DNA of 64,000 nucleotides from Octopus vulgaris (GCA_951406725.2 OX597842.1:34286001-34350000), one strand, 5' to 3'. Counted from the stretch's first letter, positions 1 to 13,637 are shown. A program made the numbers and translations. The notes: generated by a model not told the origin, from the letters alone.

Positions 1-30
1 TATCTATCTATCTATCTATCTATCTGTCCA

Positions 31-61
<31 letters not shown>

Positions 62-790
62 CAATCTAAAAAAATGTAACATGTAACTTCATTGACCGAG
101 GTTACCGTGGTCTTTTCCGTAGGCTTTTCTTTCCGCGGGTAAACCTCACCTGTCTTCCCCTTTACACTTTATATTGACATTTCTGTGATAACGATCCCTA
201 TTGATCGATTTTTCTTTTTCCTTTTATTTTATTTCTCCCCCCCCCCCTTTTTGCTTTCCTCTTTCTTTCCTTTTACGATCCATTTTGATCGAAAACCAAC
301 CACACTTTTTTTATCCTTAAAAGAAAAGCTCTACCTTGTAATTTGTCCCTTCTGTGTGCAGCCCTGTGTGACTAATAAAGAAACATATCTATCTATCTAT
401 CTATCTATTTTCTATCTATCTATCTTTCTATCTATCTATCTATCTATTTGTATCTATCTATCTGTCCTTCTATCTATCTATCTATCTATCTATTTTCTAT
501 CTATCTATCTATCTATTTGTATCTATCTATTTGTATCTATCGATCGATCTATCTATCCTTCTATCTGTCTATCTATCTATCGATCTATCTATCTATCCTT
601 CTATCTGTCTATCTATCTATCGATCGATCTATCTATCCTTCTATCTGTCTATCTATCTATCTATCGATCGATCAATCTATCTGTTTATTTATCTATATAT
701 TTAATTTAGCTATCGATCTGTCTATCTGTCAATTAATATATGCAGTTTCCCATCGATCTTTATATATCAAACTTTCCAATCGATCTATTA
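1..790. repeat. (TATC)n microsatellite array interrupted by a retroelement 3' end
   Basis: TATC/TCTA iterations at 1-65 and 386-790. Confidence 0.95.
66..387 (+). mobile_element. 5'-truncated 3'UTR of a (TATC)n-tailed non-LTR retrotransposon (L1/Tx1-like)
   Basis: Ends ...gcagccctgtgtgactAATAAAgaaacata followed by (TATC)n; homologous reverse-complement copies at 39520-39851, 51396-51600 and 58614-58705. Confidence 0.65.
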
Positions 791-1210
791 ATTAATTTCT
801 CTATTCAAACACCTCCAAACTTTCGATAGTTGAACATAAACGTTTCACGTTAAATAATCCGACATTCTACGTTCTGCGTTCAAATCCTACCGGGATCTAT
901 TTAGCCTTCCATGCATTTTTGTGGTTTATTCACACCAAAAAAAAATGCGACCATTATGGGACAGTGGATTAGCAGAAATAACGGTGTCTCTTTCAGCTCT
1001 GTACATTCCGAGTTCGAGTCCGACTCCAGCTACCAAAGAAATGGTAATATTTCTCGTCCAGGAAGATCTGTAGAGCTTGATGAGGGCATCCTGCAAACCC
1101 TGGTGGAACAAAATCCTATCGTAACTGTTGAGGCACTAACAGGCAAGCTTGGATTTGGTCATTCAACCATTCATCGATACCTGCGTGCCATTGGAAAAGT
1201 CAGCAAATTA

Positions 1211-1413
1211 CCGTATTTGACGGCATATAGGACGCACTTTTTCCCAAAAAATTTGGCTCAAAAAATCGCCCTGCGTCTAATATGCGAAACCAAGACCCAC
1301 CCGTAGGCTAATCTTCTCCCAGACGCTCACTAACCTAGCTTACGATAAGTATTTCTACCTACGCTAACGCCTTAATGATATTTTCCGTACTCATGCATCA
1401 TTATTTTATTGCT

Positions 1414-1489
<76 letters not shown>

Positions 1490-2455
1490 GTATTATTACT
1501 TTAAAATACGAATTATCGTAAAAATCAAAGCAATCTACCGTAAATTGTTAGGCTGCGATCCATGACACACGTTTACTAATATCAGCTGATCGGAACCCTA
1601 ACTCGATGCCATCTGACGGTGAGGAGTAAAACTACGGAATGCACATGATCGTTGCGAGTTCGTGTATATACGGAGGTAGGTTGGATATCTTGGTACAACA
1701 AAGTTTATGATCATAACAAAACACACTACAACAGTACAAGCACCCTCACGGCTATGGCAGCAAAAAGATGAAGCTACAAAATCTCCTACAAACTACGAGT
1801 GGTAGATTATGCCAAGGAGCATGGAAATAGAGCAGCAGCAAGGGTTTTTGGGCCACCACCTACAGAAAAAATGATACGTGTCTGGCGACAGCAAGAAGAG
1901 CAGCTGATGAGAGCACAGAAAGGTAAACATAACCTTCGTTGCCCAGCCCCACATTGGCTAGAACTTGAGGATGATATAAAAACGTGGGTGCTTGATGAGA
2001 GAAACTCAGGGAGAAGTGTATCTGCCAAAATGATAATTCATGGGGCCATGAGAGTAGCAGAACAACGAGGGATACAGAACTTTGCAGGAACAGAAGGTTG
2101 GTGTTACAGGTTTATGAAACGGAAGGGTTTATCAATGCGTACAAAAACATCCATTGCACAAAAAATGCCTGCTGATTATGAAGAAAAAATATTAGAAGAC
2201 TTTTCTGGTGTAGAAGATGATGAAGAGTTTTCTGGTTAAAAAGATTAAAGATTAAAGATTAAAGATTAAAGATGATTACTATTGTAGTTTGTATGCTTTC
2301 CTTTTGTATGCTTGCTTTTATACAGCAATGTTTTCTGCTTTTGTAATGTGCTGCTAGACTGCTTTCAACAATATATGCTTAAATACACTTAAAACTTTTT
2401 TTCCTGAATTTGACCTGCTGAAATGACGGTGCGTCTAATATGCCGTCAAATACAG
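1211..2455 (+). mobile_element. pogo/Tigger-family non-autonomous DNA transposon
   Basis: 27-bp TIRs CCGTATTTGACGGCATATAGGACGCAC (1211-1237) and GTGCGTCTAATATGCCGTCAAATACAG (2429-2455), 24/27 match; TA duplication at 1209-1210 and 2456-2457. Confidence 0.93.
1754..2239 (+). pseudogene. pogo transposase N-terminal DNA-binding region (Brinker-type HTH plus CENP-B/Tc5-type HTH), DDE domain deleted
   Basis: ATG at 1754, in-frame TGA at 1769, then KLRVVDYAKEHGNRAAARVFG..WLELEDDIKTWV..FAGTEGWCYRFMKRKGLSMRTKTSIAQKMP joined to acidic tail DFSGVEDDEEFSG. Confidence 0.85.
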
Positions 2456-2733
2456 TAGGTCAATGGGTTCCTTACAAACATTCGTAGTCTAATCGTGTGC
2501 TCTTCTTTGCGGCCATATCTCACGAATGAACCTTTTTTTGACCGAATAGTGACTGGTGACGAGAAATGGGTTCTCTACAAAAATATCAAGCGCCAAAGAC
2601 AGTGCGTAGGGAAAGGAGAAACACTGGCACCCCAGGCTAAAGAAGGTCTTCAGCCACGTAAGGTGTTGTTATCTCTTTGTTGGATACGAAAGGTTTAGTC
2701 CACTTTGAAGTTTTAAAACAAAACCAAACGATA

Positions 2734-2924
2734 GGCGCAGGAGTAGCTGTCTGGTAAGTAGCTTGCTAACCAACCACATGGTTCCGGGTTCAGTCCCACA
2801 GTGTGGCATCTTGGGCAAGTGTCTTCTGCTATAGCCTCGGGCCGACCAATGCCTTGTGAGTGGATTTGGTAGACGGAAACTGAAAGAAGCCTGTCGTATA
2901 TATGTATATATATGTGTGTATGTA

Positions 2925-2970
<46 letters not shown>

Positions 2971-3187
2971 TGTGTGTGTGTTTATCCCCCTAGCATTGCT
3001 TGACAACCGATGCTGGTGTGTTTACGTCCCCGTCACTTAGCGATTCGGCAAAAGAGACCGATAGAATAAGTACTGGGCATACAAAAGAATAAGTCCTGCG
3101 GGGTCGATTGGTTCGACTAAAGGCGGTGTTCCAGCATGGCCGCAGTCAAATGACTGAAACAAGTAAAAGAGTAAAGAGTAATAGAGA
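2734..3187 (+). mobile_element. SINE family 1 (tRNA-derived, CORE-like segment, internal TA/TG microsatellite), full length
   Basis: A-box-like TAGCTGTCTGG, B-box-like GGTTCAGTCCC, CORE-like TTGGGCAAGTG, tail GTAAAAGAG; GATA on both sides; about 30 copies or fragments in the window. Confidence 0.88.
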
Positions 3188-3485
3188 GATAACGAAGGAG
3201 ATCTACTGCGAACAACTTGAGTGGCTTAAGTCAGCGCTTGAAGAAAAACGACCATCTTTGGTTACAAGACGAAAGGTGGTCTTCCACCAGGATAATGCTC
3301 GGCCACAAACAACGAGGATGACATTCTAAAGGCTGGAGCAGTTTGAAAGGGAAACGATGACCCCCACACACCATTTTCGCTGGATATTGCCCCATCTGAT
3401 TATCATTTAATCTGCAGTCTTCAAAATCATTTGAACGGAAAAAATATGAATTCTGTAGAAGAGGTCAGAACAGTACTGGAAGAGT

Positions 3486-3847
3486 ATGCTGGAGCACCGC
3501 CTTTAGTCGAGCAAATCGACCACAGGACTTATTCTTTGTAAGCCTAGTACTTATTCTATCGGTCTCTTTTGCCGAACCGCTAAGCTACGGGGACGTAAAC
3601 ACACCAGCATCGGTTGTCAAGCGATGTTGGGGGACAAACACAGACGCACAAACATATACACACACATACATATATACATATGCACGACGGGCTTCTTTCA
3701 GTTTCCGTCTACCAAATCCACTCACAAGGTTTTGGTCGACCTGAGGCTATAGTAGAAAACACTTGCCCAAGGTGCCACACAGTGGGACTGAACCCGAAAC
3801 CATGTGGTTGGTGAGCAAGCTACTTACCACACTGCCACTCCTGCGCC
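3486..3847 (-). mobile_element. SINE family 1, tail truncated
   Basis: Reverse-complement match to 2734-3187. Confidence 0.88.
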
Positions 3848-3895
3848 TGCGTATATATGCGTGTATGTATATGTGTGAACATAACTAGATATTTC

Positions 3896-3953
<58 letters not shown>

Positions 3954-3960
3954 TACACAC

Positions 3961-4141
<181 letters not shown>

Positions 4142-4227
4142 ATGTATGTATATATCCATACTCACACATGTATATAAATATATACTGAAACACACACATT
4201 CTTAGATACATACATACGTGTGCGCGT

Positions 4228-4263
<36 letters not shown>

Positions 4264-4639
4264 GATGTTGGGGATGAGAGAAATCGACTAACAGACAGAC
4301 GGTGCACCATCTGCGGAATTCCCAGTACAAAATTGGCCCCGTCCACTCAAGCGATGTTGATTGATTCCTGGTAGGTGGCGCTGCTGTTTGCCTCATCAAT
4401 TCCCTTTACTAATTCACTGTATATCTCTCTCTGTCTGTCTGTGTGGCTTTCCGTCCGCCCGTTTGTCTGTATGTCTGTGCTTGTGTGTGTGTGTATGTGT
4501 GTATCGATGTGTGTTGGCGTGGCTCGGTGGTTAAGAACTTCGCTAACAAGTCAAACTGTTCCTGGTTCGCGCTCTCAGCTCCGTTCATTTCCGTTTTTTT
4601 TTGTTTTTTTTTTTTGTTTTTTTTTGTTTCCGTGTATGA

Positions 4640-5057
4640 CTCTTTTTCTCTTTTTACTTGTTTCAGTCATTTTGACTGCGGCCATGCTGGAGCACCGCCT
4701 TTAATCGAGCAACTCGATCCCCGGGACTTATTCTTTTGTAAGCCCAGTACTTATTCTATCGGTCTCTTTTTGCCGAACCGCTAAGTGACGGGGACATAAA
4801 CACCAGCATCGGTTGTCAAGCAATGCTAGGGGGACAAACACAGACACACAAACACACACATACATACATATAAATATATATATATACATATATACGACAG
4901 GCTTCTTTCAGTTTCCATCTACCAAATCCACTCACAAGGCATTGGTCGGCCCGAGGCTATAGCAGAAGACACTTGCCCAAGGTGCCACGCAGTGGAACTG
5001 AACCCGGAACCATGTGGTTGGTTAGCAAGTTACTTACCACACAGCCACTCCTGTGCC
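4640..5057 (-). mobile_element. SINE family 1, full length (older diverged fragment follows to about 5320)
   Basis: Reverse-complement match to the family. Confidence 0.88.
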
Positions 5058-5329
5058 TACCTTTTATTTTCTATACGCTTTTACTTGCTTTCACTCATTG
5101 GACTGCGGCCAAGCTGGGGCACCGCCTTGAAGGATCATTTGTCCAAACAAATCAACCCTAATATTTATAATCTGTTCTTTTATTATTATTTTTTTCTTCA
5201 AACTTGTTACTTATCCTAGTGACGTCCTTTGCCGAACCGCTGTTTTATAGGGACGTAAGCAAACCAACACCGGTTACCAAGCGGTGGCGAGTGACAAACA
5301 CAGGCACCAAGACACAGACACATCGACAT

Positions 5330-5642
5330 AAATTAACGTGCAAGTGGCTGAGGACTCCACAGATATGTGTCCCTTAACGTAGTTTCTCAAGGAGATTCAG
5401 CGTAACACAGAGTGTGACGAGGCTGGCCCCTTTGAAATACGGGAACAACAGAAACAGGAAGAAATAGTGAGAGAAAGTTGTGGTGAAAGAATACAGTAGG
5501 GTTCGCCACCATCCTCTGCCGGGGCCTCGTGGAGCTTTATATGTTTTTGTTCAATAAACACTCACAACGCCCGGTCTGGGAATCGAAATCGCGATCCTAC
5601 GATAGCGAGTGTGCTGCCCTAACCGCTGGGCGACTGCGTCTC
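5330..5642 (-). mobile_element. SINE family 3 (tRNA head), partial
   Basis: Reverse-complement match to 27588-27973. Confidence 0.8.
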
Positions 5643-5835
5643 AGATAGATAGCTAGATAATAATTATTACCTTTGTATGGTATTAATTCCCATGCTGGCC
5701 ACTAGACAAGATCGATATTTAAATATCGATATTATCCTTATTTATAAATTTATATAATTTGTCATTGTATTCACTGCGGTATTATTTTGACCATGTCGCG
5801 CTTGGAGATGTTTGGCGAGCAATTTAGGCTGGTCT

Positions 5836-5926
<91 letters not shown>

Positions 5927-5937
5927 GTATATATATA

Positions 5938-6357
5938 GGCGTAGGAGTGGCTGTGTGGTAAGTAGCTTGCTTACGAACCACATGGTTCCGTGTTCAGTCC
6001 CACTGCGTGGCACCTTGGGCAAGTGTCTTCTACTATAGTCTCGGGCTGACCAAAGCCTTGTCAGTGGATTTGGTAGACGGAAACTGAAAGAAGCCTGTCG
6101 TATATATGTATATATATATATATATATATATGCATGTGTGTGTGTGCTTGTGTGTCTGTGTTTGTCCCCCCAACATCGCTTGACAACATACGCTGGTGTG
6201 TTTACGTCACTGTAACTTAGCGGTTCGGCAAAAGAGACCGATAGGATAAGTACTGGGCTTACAAAGGATAAGTCCTGGGGTCGATTTGCTCGACTAAAGG
6301 CGGTGCTCCAGCATGGCCACAGTCAATTGACTTAAACAAGTAAAAGAGTAAAAGAGT
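5938..6357 (+). mobile_element. SINE family 1, full length, inserted in (TA)n
   Basis: ggcgtaggagtggctgtgtgg...gtaaaagagtaaaagag. Confidence 0.9.
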
Positions 6358-6590
6358 ATATATCTGTATTTATGTGCTCTCTGGTATATTCAACTGGAGA
6401 AGACAGAGTTTCTCTGAAGCAAAGCCAGAAACCCAGGATCTTCAATTATCCAGTAAAATCTTGTTTGCTAGGTTGATTTGTCTCTCTGTCTTCTCTCCTG
6501 GCGCGATATGAACCTTTTAAGGTGGTTTTAGGGTCAGGGTTTTGACTGCTATTTCAGCATGGAGGTATCTCTCAGATACCCTAATTTATA

Positions 6591-6654
<64 letters not shown>

Positions 6655-6774
6655 ATATATATACATACATATATGTATGTATGTATGTTATATATACATA
6701 TATAGTTATAGATAGATGGATGATATGTGCGTACGTTCACAAAACTCACACACACACAGACACATATGTATTTA

Positions 6775-6817
<43 letters not shown>

Positions 6818-6902
6818 TTAAATATTTGTTATGCAAGAAATGAATAACTATATATATGTATATATATCTATGTATGTATATGTGTATATATATATATGTG
6901 TA

Positions 6903-6950
<48 letters not shown>

Positions 6951-7415
6951 TTTCGATTAGATTTATTATTATTATTACTAATATTGTTGTTATACATACA
7001 TACAAGCATATGTAATGATAATAATGGGTGGATGTAAACACATGAACAAAATTAGAACAAAAGCAACAACAACAAAAACAAAATACAAATTACAAGAATG
7101 TATATAAACTGAAGATACAAATATTACAGGCATCCCCCCACACACACACTAAATAAACATAGACGCACATAGAGATATAAGCATGCGCAAATGAAGACAT
7201 ACAATAGAAATACAAAATGGCTGACGGTTAGTAAGGAGAGACACAAATAAGTGAGAAGAAAACAAAGGACCACTGATGCGGTCACAGGAGTGTGACGAAA
7301 GAACTTTGGCCGAAATAAGATTAAGATGTAAAAAATAAATATCACTGAAGCAAAATAACACCAAATATATAGTGCGTGTGTTTTTATTGGCTAAACTGGC
7401 AATATGACCATTCCG

Positions 7416-7545
<130 letters not shown>

Positions 7546-7562
7546 CATATATATATATATAA

Positions 7563-7640
<78 letters not shown>

Positions 7641-7745
7641 TCACATACACATTTATTTGATCTGTAACATGCGTGCCGTTGGCAATATCGGCGATCGATT
7701 TCACTGCACGCACATACACACGCAAGAGGTCATACATATATGGCA

Positions 7746-7877
7746 AGGCGGCGAGCTGGCAGAAACGTTAGCACGCCGGGCGAAATGCGTAGCCGTATTT
7801 CGTCTGCCGTTTAATCCGTTTGTCTGTCCTTGTTTATCCCCTCTGTGTTTAGCCCCTTGTGGGTAGTAAAGAAATAT
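7746..7877 (+). mobile_element. SINE family 2, internally deleted copy
   Basis: Head ggcggcgagctggcagaaacgttagc joined directly to tail ttaatccgtttg...gtaaagaaata. Confidence 0.8.
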
Positions 7878-7961
7878 ATATGTATACATACAAACGTATA
7901 CACCCCAGACTCATTCACTCACATATATATACGTACACTCACACATACACACCTATATTTT

Positions 7962-8024
<63 letters not shown>

Positions 8025-8339
8025 AATAAATACACACATACATGTACTCACACACACACACTCATACACACGCACTCACACATACACGATACACAAGAGC
8101 AGCCGTCAAGATCCCGAGTTCGAATTCCCAGTGGTACCTTCAAGCGTACTTACAGTAACCGCAGCAACAACAAAACTACTTCAACCACTACTACTACTAC
8201 TGCTACTACTACCACCGCCACCACCTACAAAGCACTTGCAAGAATCCCTTTCTTCCATAGATCTTTCATCACTGCCACTAACACCACCATCATTACCGCC
8301 ATTTTAACCTCCGACACCACTACAACCACCATAACCAAT

Positions 8340-8735
<396 letters not shown>

Positions 8736-8983
8736 TGTCGTATCGTACACTCGTCCCACCCCCCCAACCCCTGCTCCTCCTCCTTCATCCTCGTTTTGTG
8801 GACCGCTGCACCACGTGACACGCCAAATAAATCATTTGATAATCACCATGGATTATTAGTATGAACGGGTGAAGGATAATAATAAAGAAAAATATGTATA
8901 ACATAACAACAAAACAAGACCCAGAACACATATATGTGGTTTATATACAGCTATATACACGTATATACACACATATATATATA

Positions 8984-9072
<89 letters not shown>

Positions 9073-9157
9073 TTAATATATATAATTATACTAATTTAAT
9101 AGTATATTTATTCAACACCAAGTGGCCTGGTGCTAGAGTGAGCAATATATACCACTA

Positions 9158-9239
<82 letters not shown>

Positions 9240-9374
9240 TATATATATACATGTGTGAATCTATTATATATTATTTATATATATATATATATTTGTATAT
9301 ATATGTGTGTATATACATGATGCTTTTATTAATATTTCCTGTGTGCATATTTAAGGTTTATATCAGACCCACGC

Positions 9375-9426
<52 letters not shown>

Positions 9427-9602
9427 CTACACACACATATATATATGTATATATGCATACATACGTATGCACACACATACATATGCGTGTATATATATAC
9501 GTATATATATATATATATACATAAACACATACATATACACATACATATATATGTATATGTATGTGTGTGTGTATATATATATATATACATACACACATAC
9601 AT

Positions 9603-9682
<80 letters not shown>

Positions 9683-9715
9683 GTATTTATATGTTCATAT
9701 ATATATATATATATA

Positions 9716-10426
9716 GGTGCAGGCGTGGCTGTGTGGTAAGAAGTTTGCTTCCCAACCACATACTTCCAGGTTCAGTCTCAAGGCTTGGCACCTAGGACAA
9801 GTGTTTTATCCTGTAGCCTCTGTATTTGGTAGAAAGAAGCTGAGAGAAACCCGTCGAATATATCTGCGTATGTGAGTGTGTGTCTTTATGTGTCCTCCAC
9901 CACAGCAACGATAGGAGAGGCTGTGTGGTAAGTAGCTTGTTTACCAACTATACAGTTCCAGGTTCAGTCCCATTGAGTGGCACCTTGGGCAAGTGTCTTC
10001 TACTATATAGTCTCAGGCCGACCAAAGCCTTGTGAGTGGATTTGGTAGACGGAAACTGAAAGAAATCCGTCCTATATATGTATGTATATATGAGTGGCTG
10101 TGTGGCAAGTAGCTCGCTTACCAACCACATGGTTCCAAGTTCAATCCCACTGCGTGGTACCTTGGGCAAGTGTCTTCTACTGTAGCCTCGGGCCGACCAA
10201 AGACCTCTGAGTGGATTTGGTAGACGGAAACTAAAAGAAGCCCATACTATATATGTATGTATATATGAGTGGTTGTGTGGCAAGTAGCTCGCTTACCAAC
10301 CACATGGTTCCGGGTTAAGTCCCACTGCGTGGAACCTTGGGCAAGTGTCTTCTACTATAGCCACGGGCCGACCAAAGCCCTGTGAGTGGATTTGGTAGAC
10401 GGAAACTGAAAGAAGCCCGTCCTATG

Positions 10427-10486
<60 letters not shown>

Positions 10487-10692
10487 TGTATCTGTGTTTG
10501 TCCCCCAACATCGCTTGACAACTTATGCTAGTGTGTTTACGTCCCCGTAACTCAGCGGTTCGGCAAAAGATACTGATACAATAAGTACTAGGCTTACACA
10601 GAATAAGTCCTGGGGGTCGATTTCTTCGACTAAAGGCGGTGCTCCAGCATGGCCGCAGTCAGATGAATAAAACAAGTAAAAGGGTAAAAGAG
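9716..10692 (+). mobile_element. Cluster of SINE family 1: diverged head, two tandem 5' halves and one full copy
   Basis: Repeated ggctgtgtgg..ttgggcaagtgtcttc..ggaaactgaaagaa units at about 9914, 10092 and 10268. Confidence 0.85.
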
Positions 10693-11089
10693 ATATATAT
10701 CGTTGCTATTATGTCAAACAGTCATATGTCCAAATTTGACCAAATGCATCTTTTTTCAATATTTAAATTTGCTTGCAATAGCCAGTCCTTTTGGTCAAAC
10801 TATCGTATCTCCAGTTGCTTCTGACGAAAACTGTCAAAGTGTAGTACAACGGTTTAGCATTTTCCAAAAGTGTAGTAAGTCCCACATACGACAGTTTTGC
10901 ATAAATATTTCACACTGAAAACATCATTCATGCATGGAATTACAGTTTTATGCACCCAACGAAGTATTATTGTTAAGCTGAAACTGGTGCTAATGTAAAA
11001 AGAAATGGAATGGGGAAATTGTTTTTTCGTTTTCTGGAAAAGCAAAGTTTTAGACTTAGGACACTTTTGCATAACAGCAAGGATATATA

Positions 11090-11594
11090 TCTATATATAT
11101 AAAACTCTAGTTGTGTGAGTGTCTGTCCCCTTCGATTTAGATTCCTAACTCCTCCCACATTTTGCGGTGCAGTTTAACCAAATTCGGGTATCTTATAGTC
11201 GTGATTCATATCGAGCCCGTCTGACTATTAGCGCGCGTCTACGATGAGTCTACGATTTTAAAAATAATTTAACATCATTTTTTATTCCATTTTAATGCAT
11301 AAAATGCATCGTATGTCGATGGCGGCGGAGTTGGCGTCCACGCTCACAGCTGCACCTGTTTGCTTCTCCCCTTCCCTCCCTCGTGAAGCTGTGGGGAAGG
11401 GAGTGTAAAGAAATCAACGTCGTAATGAGTTGTGAAGGAAACCAGCGTTCTTTTAGAACAACGACTTCATGGCTTGAAGACACCAAAACAAAAATGGCTA
11501 AGAAAGCCCGAATTTATAAGGGAAGTAACTCTCTAAAAATGCTTATATAGTTATTTCCCTTACAAACCCGAGCAACGCCGGGCGATACTGCTAG
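11090..11594 (+). mobile_element. Non-autonomous Helitron, copy 1
   Basis: Starts A|TCTATATATATAAA, ends with subterminal hairpin CCCGAGCAACGCCGGG then CTAG|T; no TSD. Confidence 0.82.
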
Positions 11595-12103
11595 TATATA
11601 TATAAAACTGTAGTTGTGTGAGTGTCTGTCCCCTTCGATTTAGATTCCTAACTACTCCCACATTTTGCGGTGCAGTTTAACCAAATTCGGGTATCTTATA
11701 GTCGTGATTCATATCGAGCCCGTCTGAGTATTAGCGCGCGTCTACGATGAGTCTACGATTTTAAAAATAATTTAACATCAATTTTTATTCCATTTTAATG
11801 CATAATTTTTCGTGTGTCGATGGCGGCGGAGTTGGCGTCCATGGTCACACCTGCACATTTTGCTTCTCCCCCTTCTTCCCTCTTTCGTGAAGCTGTGGGG
11901 AAGGGAGTGTAAGGAAACCAACGTCGTAAAGCGTTGTCAAGGAGACCAGCGTTCTTTTAGAACGACGACTTCATGGCTTGAAGACACCAAAACAGAAATT
12001 GCTAAGAAAGCCCGAATTGGCATCTATAAAGGAAGTAACTCTCTAAAAATGCTTATATAGTTATTTCCCTTACAAACCCGAGCAACGCCGGGCGATACTG
12101 CTA

Positions 12104-12104
<1 letters not shown>
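11595..12104 (+). mobile_element. Non-autonomous Helitron, copy 2 (head-to-tail)
   Basis: Closely similar to copy 1, same hairpin and CTAG|T end. Confidence 0.82.
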
Positions 12105-12148
<44 letters not shown>

Positions 12149-12149
<1 letters not shown>

Positions 12150-12570
12150 TCTTTTACTCTTTTACTTGTTTCAGTCATATTACTGCGGCCGTGCTGGAGC
12201 ACAGTCTTTAATCGAGCAACTCGACCCCGGGACTTATTCTTTTGTAAGCCCAGTACTTATTCTATCGGTCTCTTTTGCCGAACCGCTAACTAACGGGGAC
12301 ATAAACACACCAGCATCGGTTGTCAAGCAATGCTAGGGAGACAAATACAGACACACAAACATACACGCACATATATATATATATATATATATCTATATAT
12401 ATATATACATATATACGACGGGCTTCTTTCAGTTTCCGTCTACCAAATCCACTCACAAGGCTTTGGTCGGCCCGAGGCTATAGTAGAAAACACTCGCCCA
12501 AGGTGACACGCAGTGGGACTGAACCCGGAACTATGTGGTTGGTAAACAAGCTACTTACCACACAGCCACA
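12149..12570 (-). mobile_element. SINE family 1
   Basis: Reverse-complement match. Confidence 0.88.
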
Positions 12571-12571
12571 T

Positions 12572-12871
12572 ATAACTTATGAAATAAGGGTAAAAGAAAA
12601 ATTCTAATGCCAAATATGCCGAAAAAAAGCACAAAATTGTCAATAACCATTATAATTTATGAGTTCCAGAACATACTGATAGAAATTTCTAAAAAATTCC
12701 GTTATTACCGTATTAGTCCCAATTTCGGGGTTAATTCATAAGAATTTTCCCCTCGTCACCGATAAATACGTAATTCGGGACGCATAAATTATGATGGTTA
12801 TTGACAATTTTGTCTTTCTTTCGGCATATTTGGCATTAGAATTTTTCTTTTGCCCTTATCTTATAAGTTAT
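12572..12871. repeat. Inverted repeat with about 95-bp arms and a degenerate hammerhead-like motif in the spacer (Penelope-like remnant)
   Basis: 12572-12667 pairs with 12777-12871; minus strand reads GTGACGA-gggg..cccc-GAAA. Confidence 0.7.
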
Positions 12872-13224
12872 TTATAAATTTAACCTTTAAAGGTATTTTT
12901 TGATATGCTGGCCATTGATAAAATTTCTTTTTGAGAAAAATTGTAGCCTACATTAGATATATATATATATATATAAGTGTGTAGAAGTGTTGAGTAAAGC
13001 ACTGGCATGGTTTGGGCTACCTGGGGTCATCTGCAGTTGGAGTATATTTACGATGAAACACAACATAATGAAAGGGGTCCACCAAAAAGAGATAAAAGCC
13101 GGATGGGTCGAAACGATCGTAGTGCAAAATAAAGACTAATACCATATTTATCGTCTCGTTGCTTCATCAATTATATATGTATATGTATATATACATCTGT
13201 GTATGTGTGTGTATGTCTAGATTC

Positions 13225-13262
<38 letters not shown>

Positions 13263-13529
13263 ATATATATATATATATGAAGGAATATATATGTAACATA
13301 AAAATCGTAAATAGATAGATAGATATATAGATATAGATAGATAGATGGATAGATCTACATACACTTATGTACACATACACACACAGATACACATACATAC
13401 ATAGTCAATATGGCGGCGTAAACAAATATTAAGAAATATTTAAGAGATACGGGAACTGTAGAGAAAGCGAGAGAGACCGGATAGTGGGTAGTTAAATATA
13501 TATATATACATATAAATATATATATATAC

Positions 13530-13585
<56 letters not shown>

Positions 13586-13601
13586 TATGTACATATATAT
13601 A

Positions 13602-13637
<36 letters not shown>

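Larger units (their letters stand above)
1050..3487 (+). pseudogene. mariner (DD34D) transposase pseudogene split by a pogo element and a SINE
   Basis: After removing the insertions it reads RPGRS..STIHRYLRAIGKVSKL|GQWVPY (WVPHEL-like), IVTGDEKWVLY, QTI|TKEIYCEQL..FHQDNARP, FSLDIAPSDYHL; stops and frameshifts present. Confidence 0.92.

Noticed and set aside
911-1306. 131-aa ORF as an intact gene
   Set aside because: Chimera of flanking sequence, mariner HTH region and pogo left end
10700-11075. AT-rich non-repetitive stretch with short ORFs
   Set aside because: No recognisable motif in the frames read; possibly an eroded transposon
12320-12607. Recurrent peptide [40 protein letters not shown]
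   Set aside because: Antisense translation of SINE1, not a gene family
13040-13130. GAAAcgatcgTA hammerhead half-motif
   Set aside because: No convincing CTGANGA box paired with stems; at most a decayed relic
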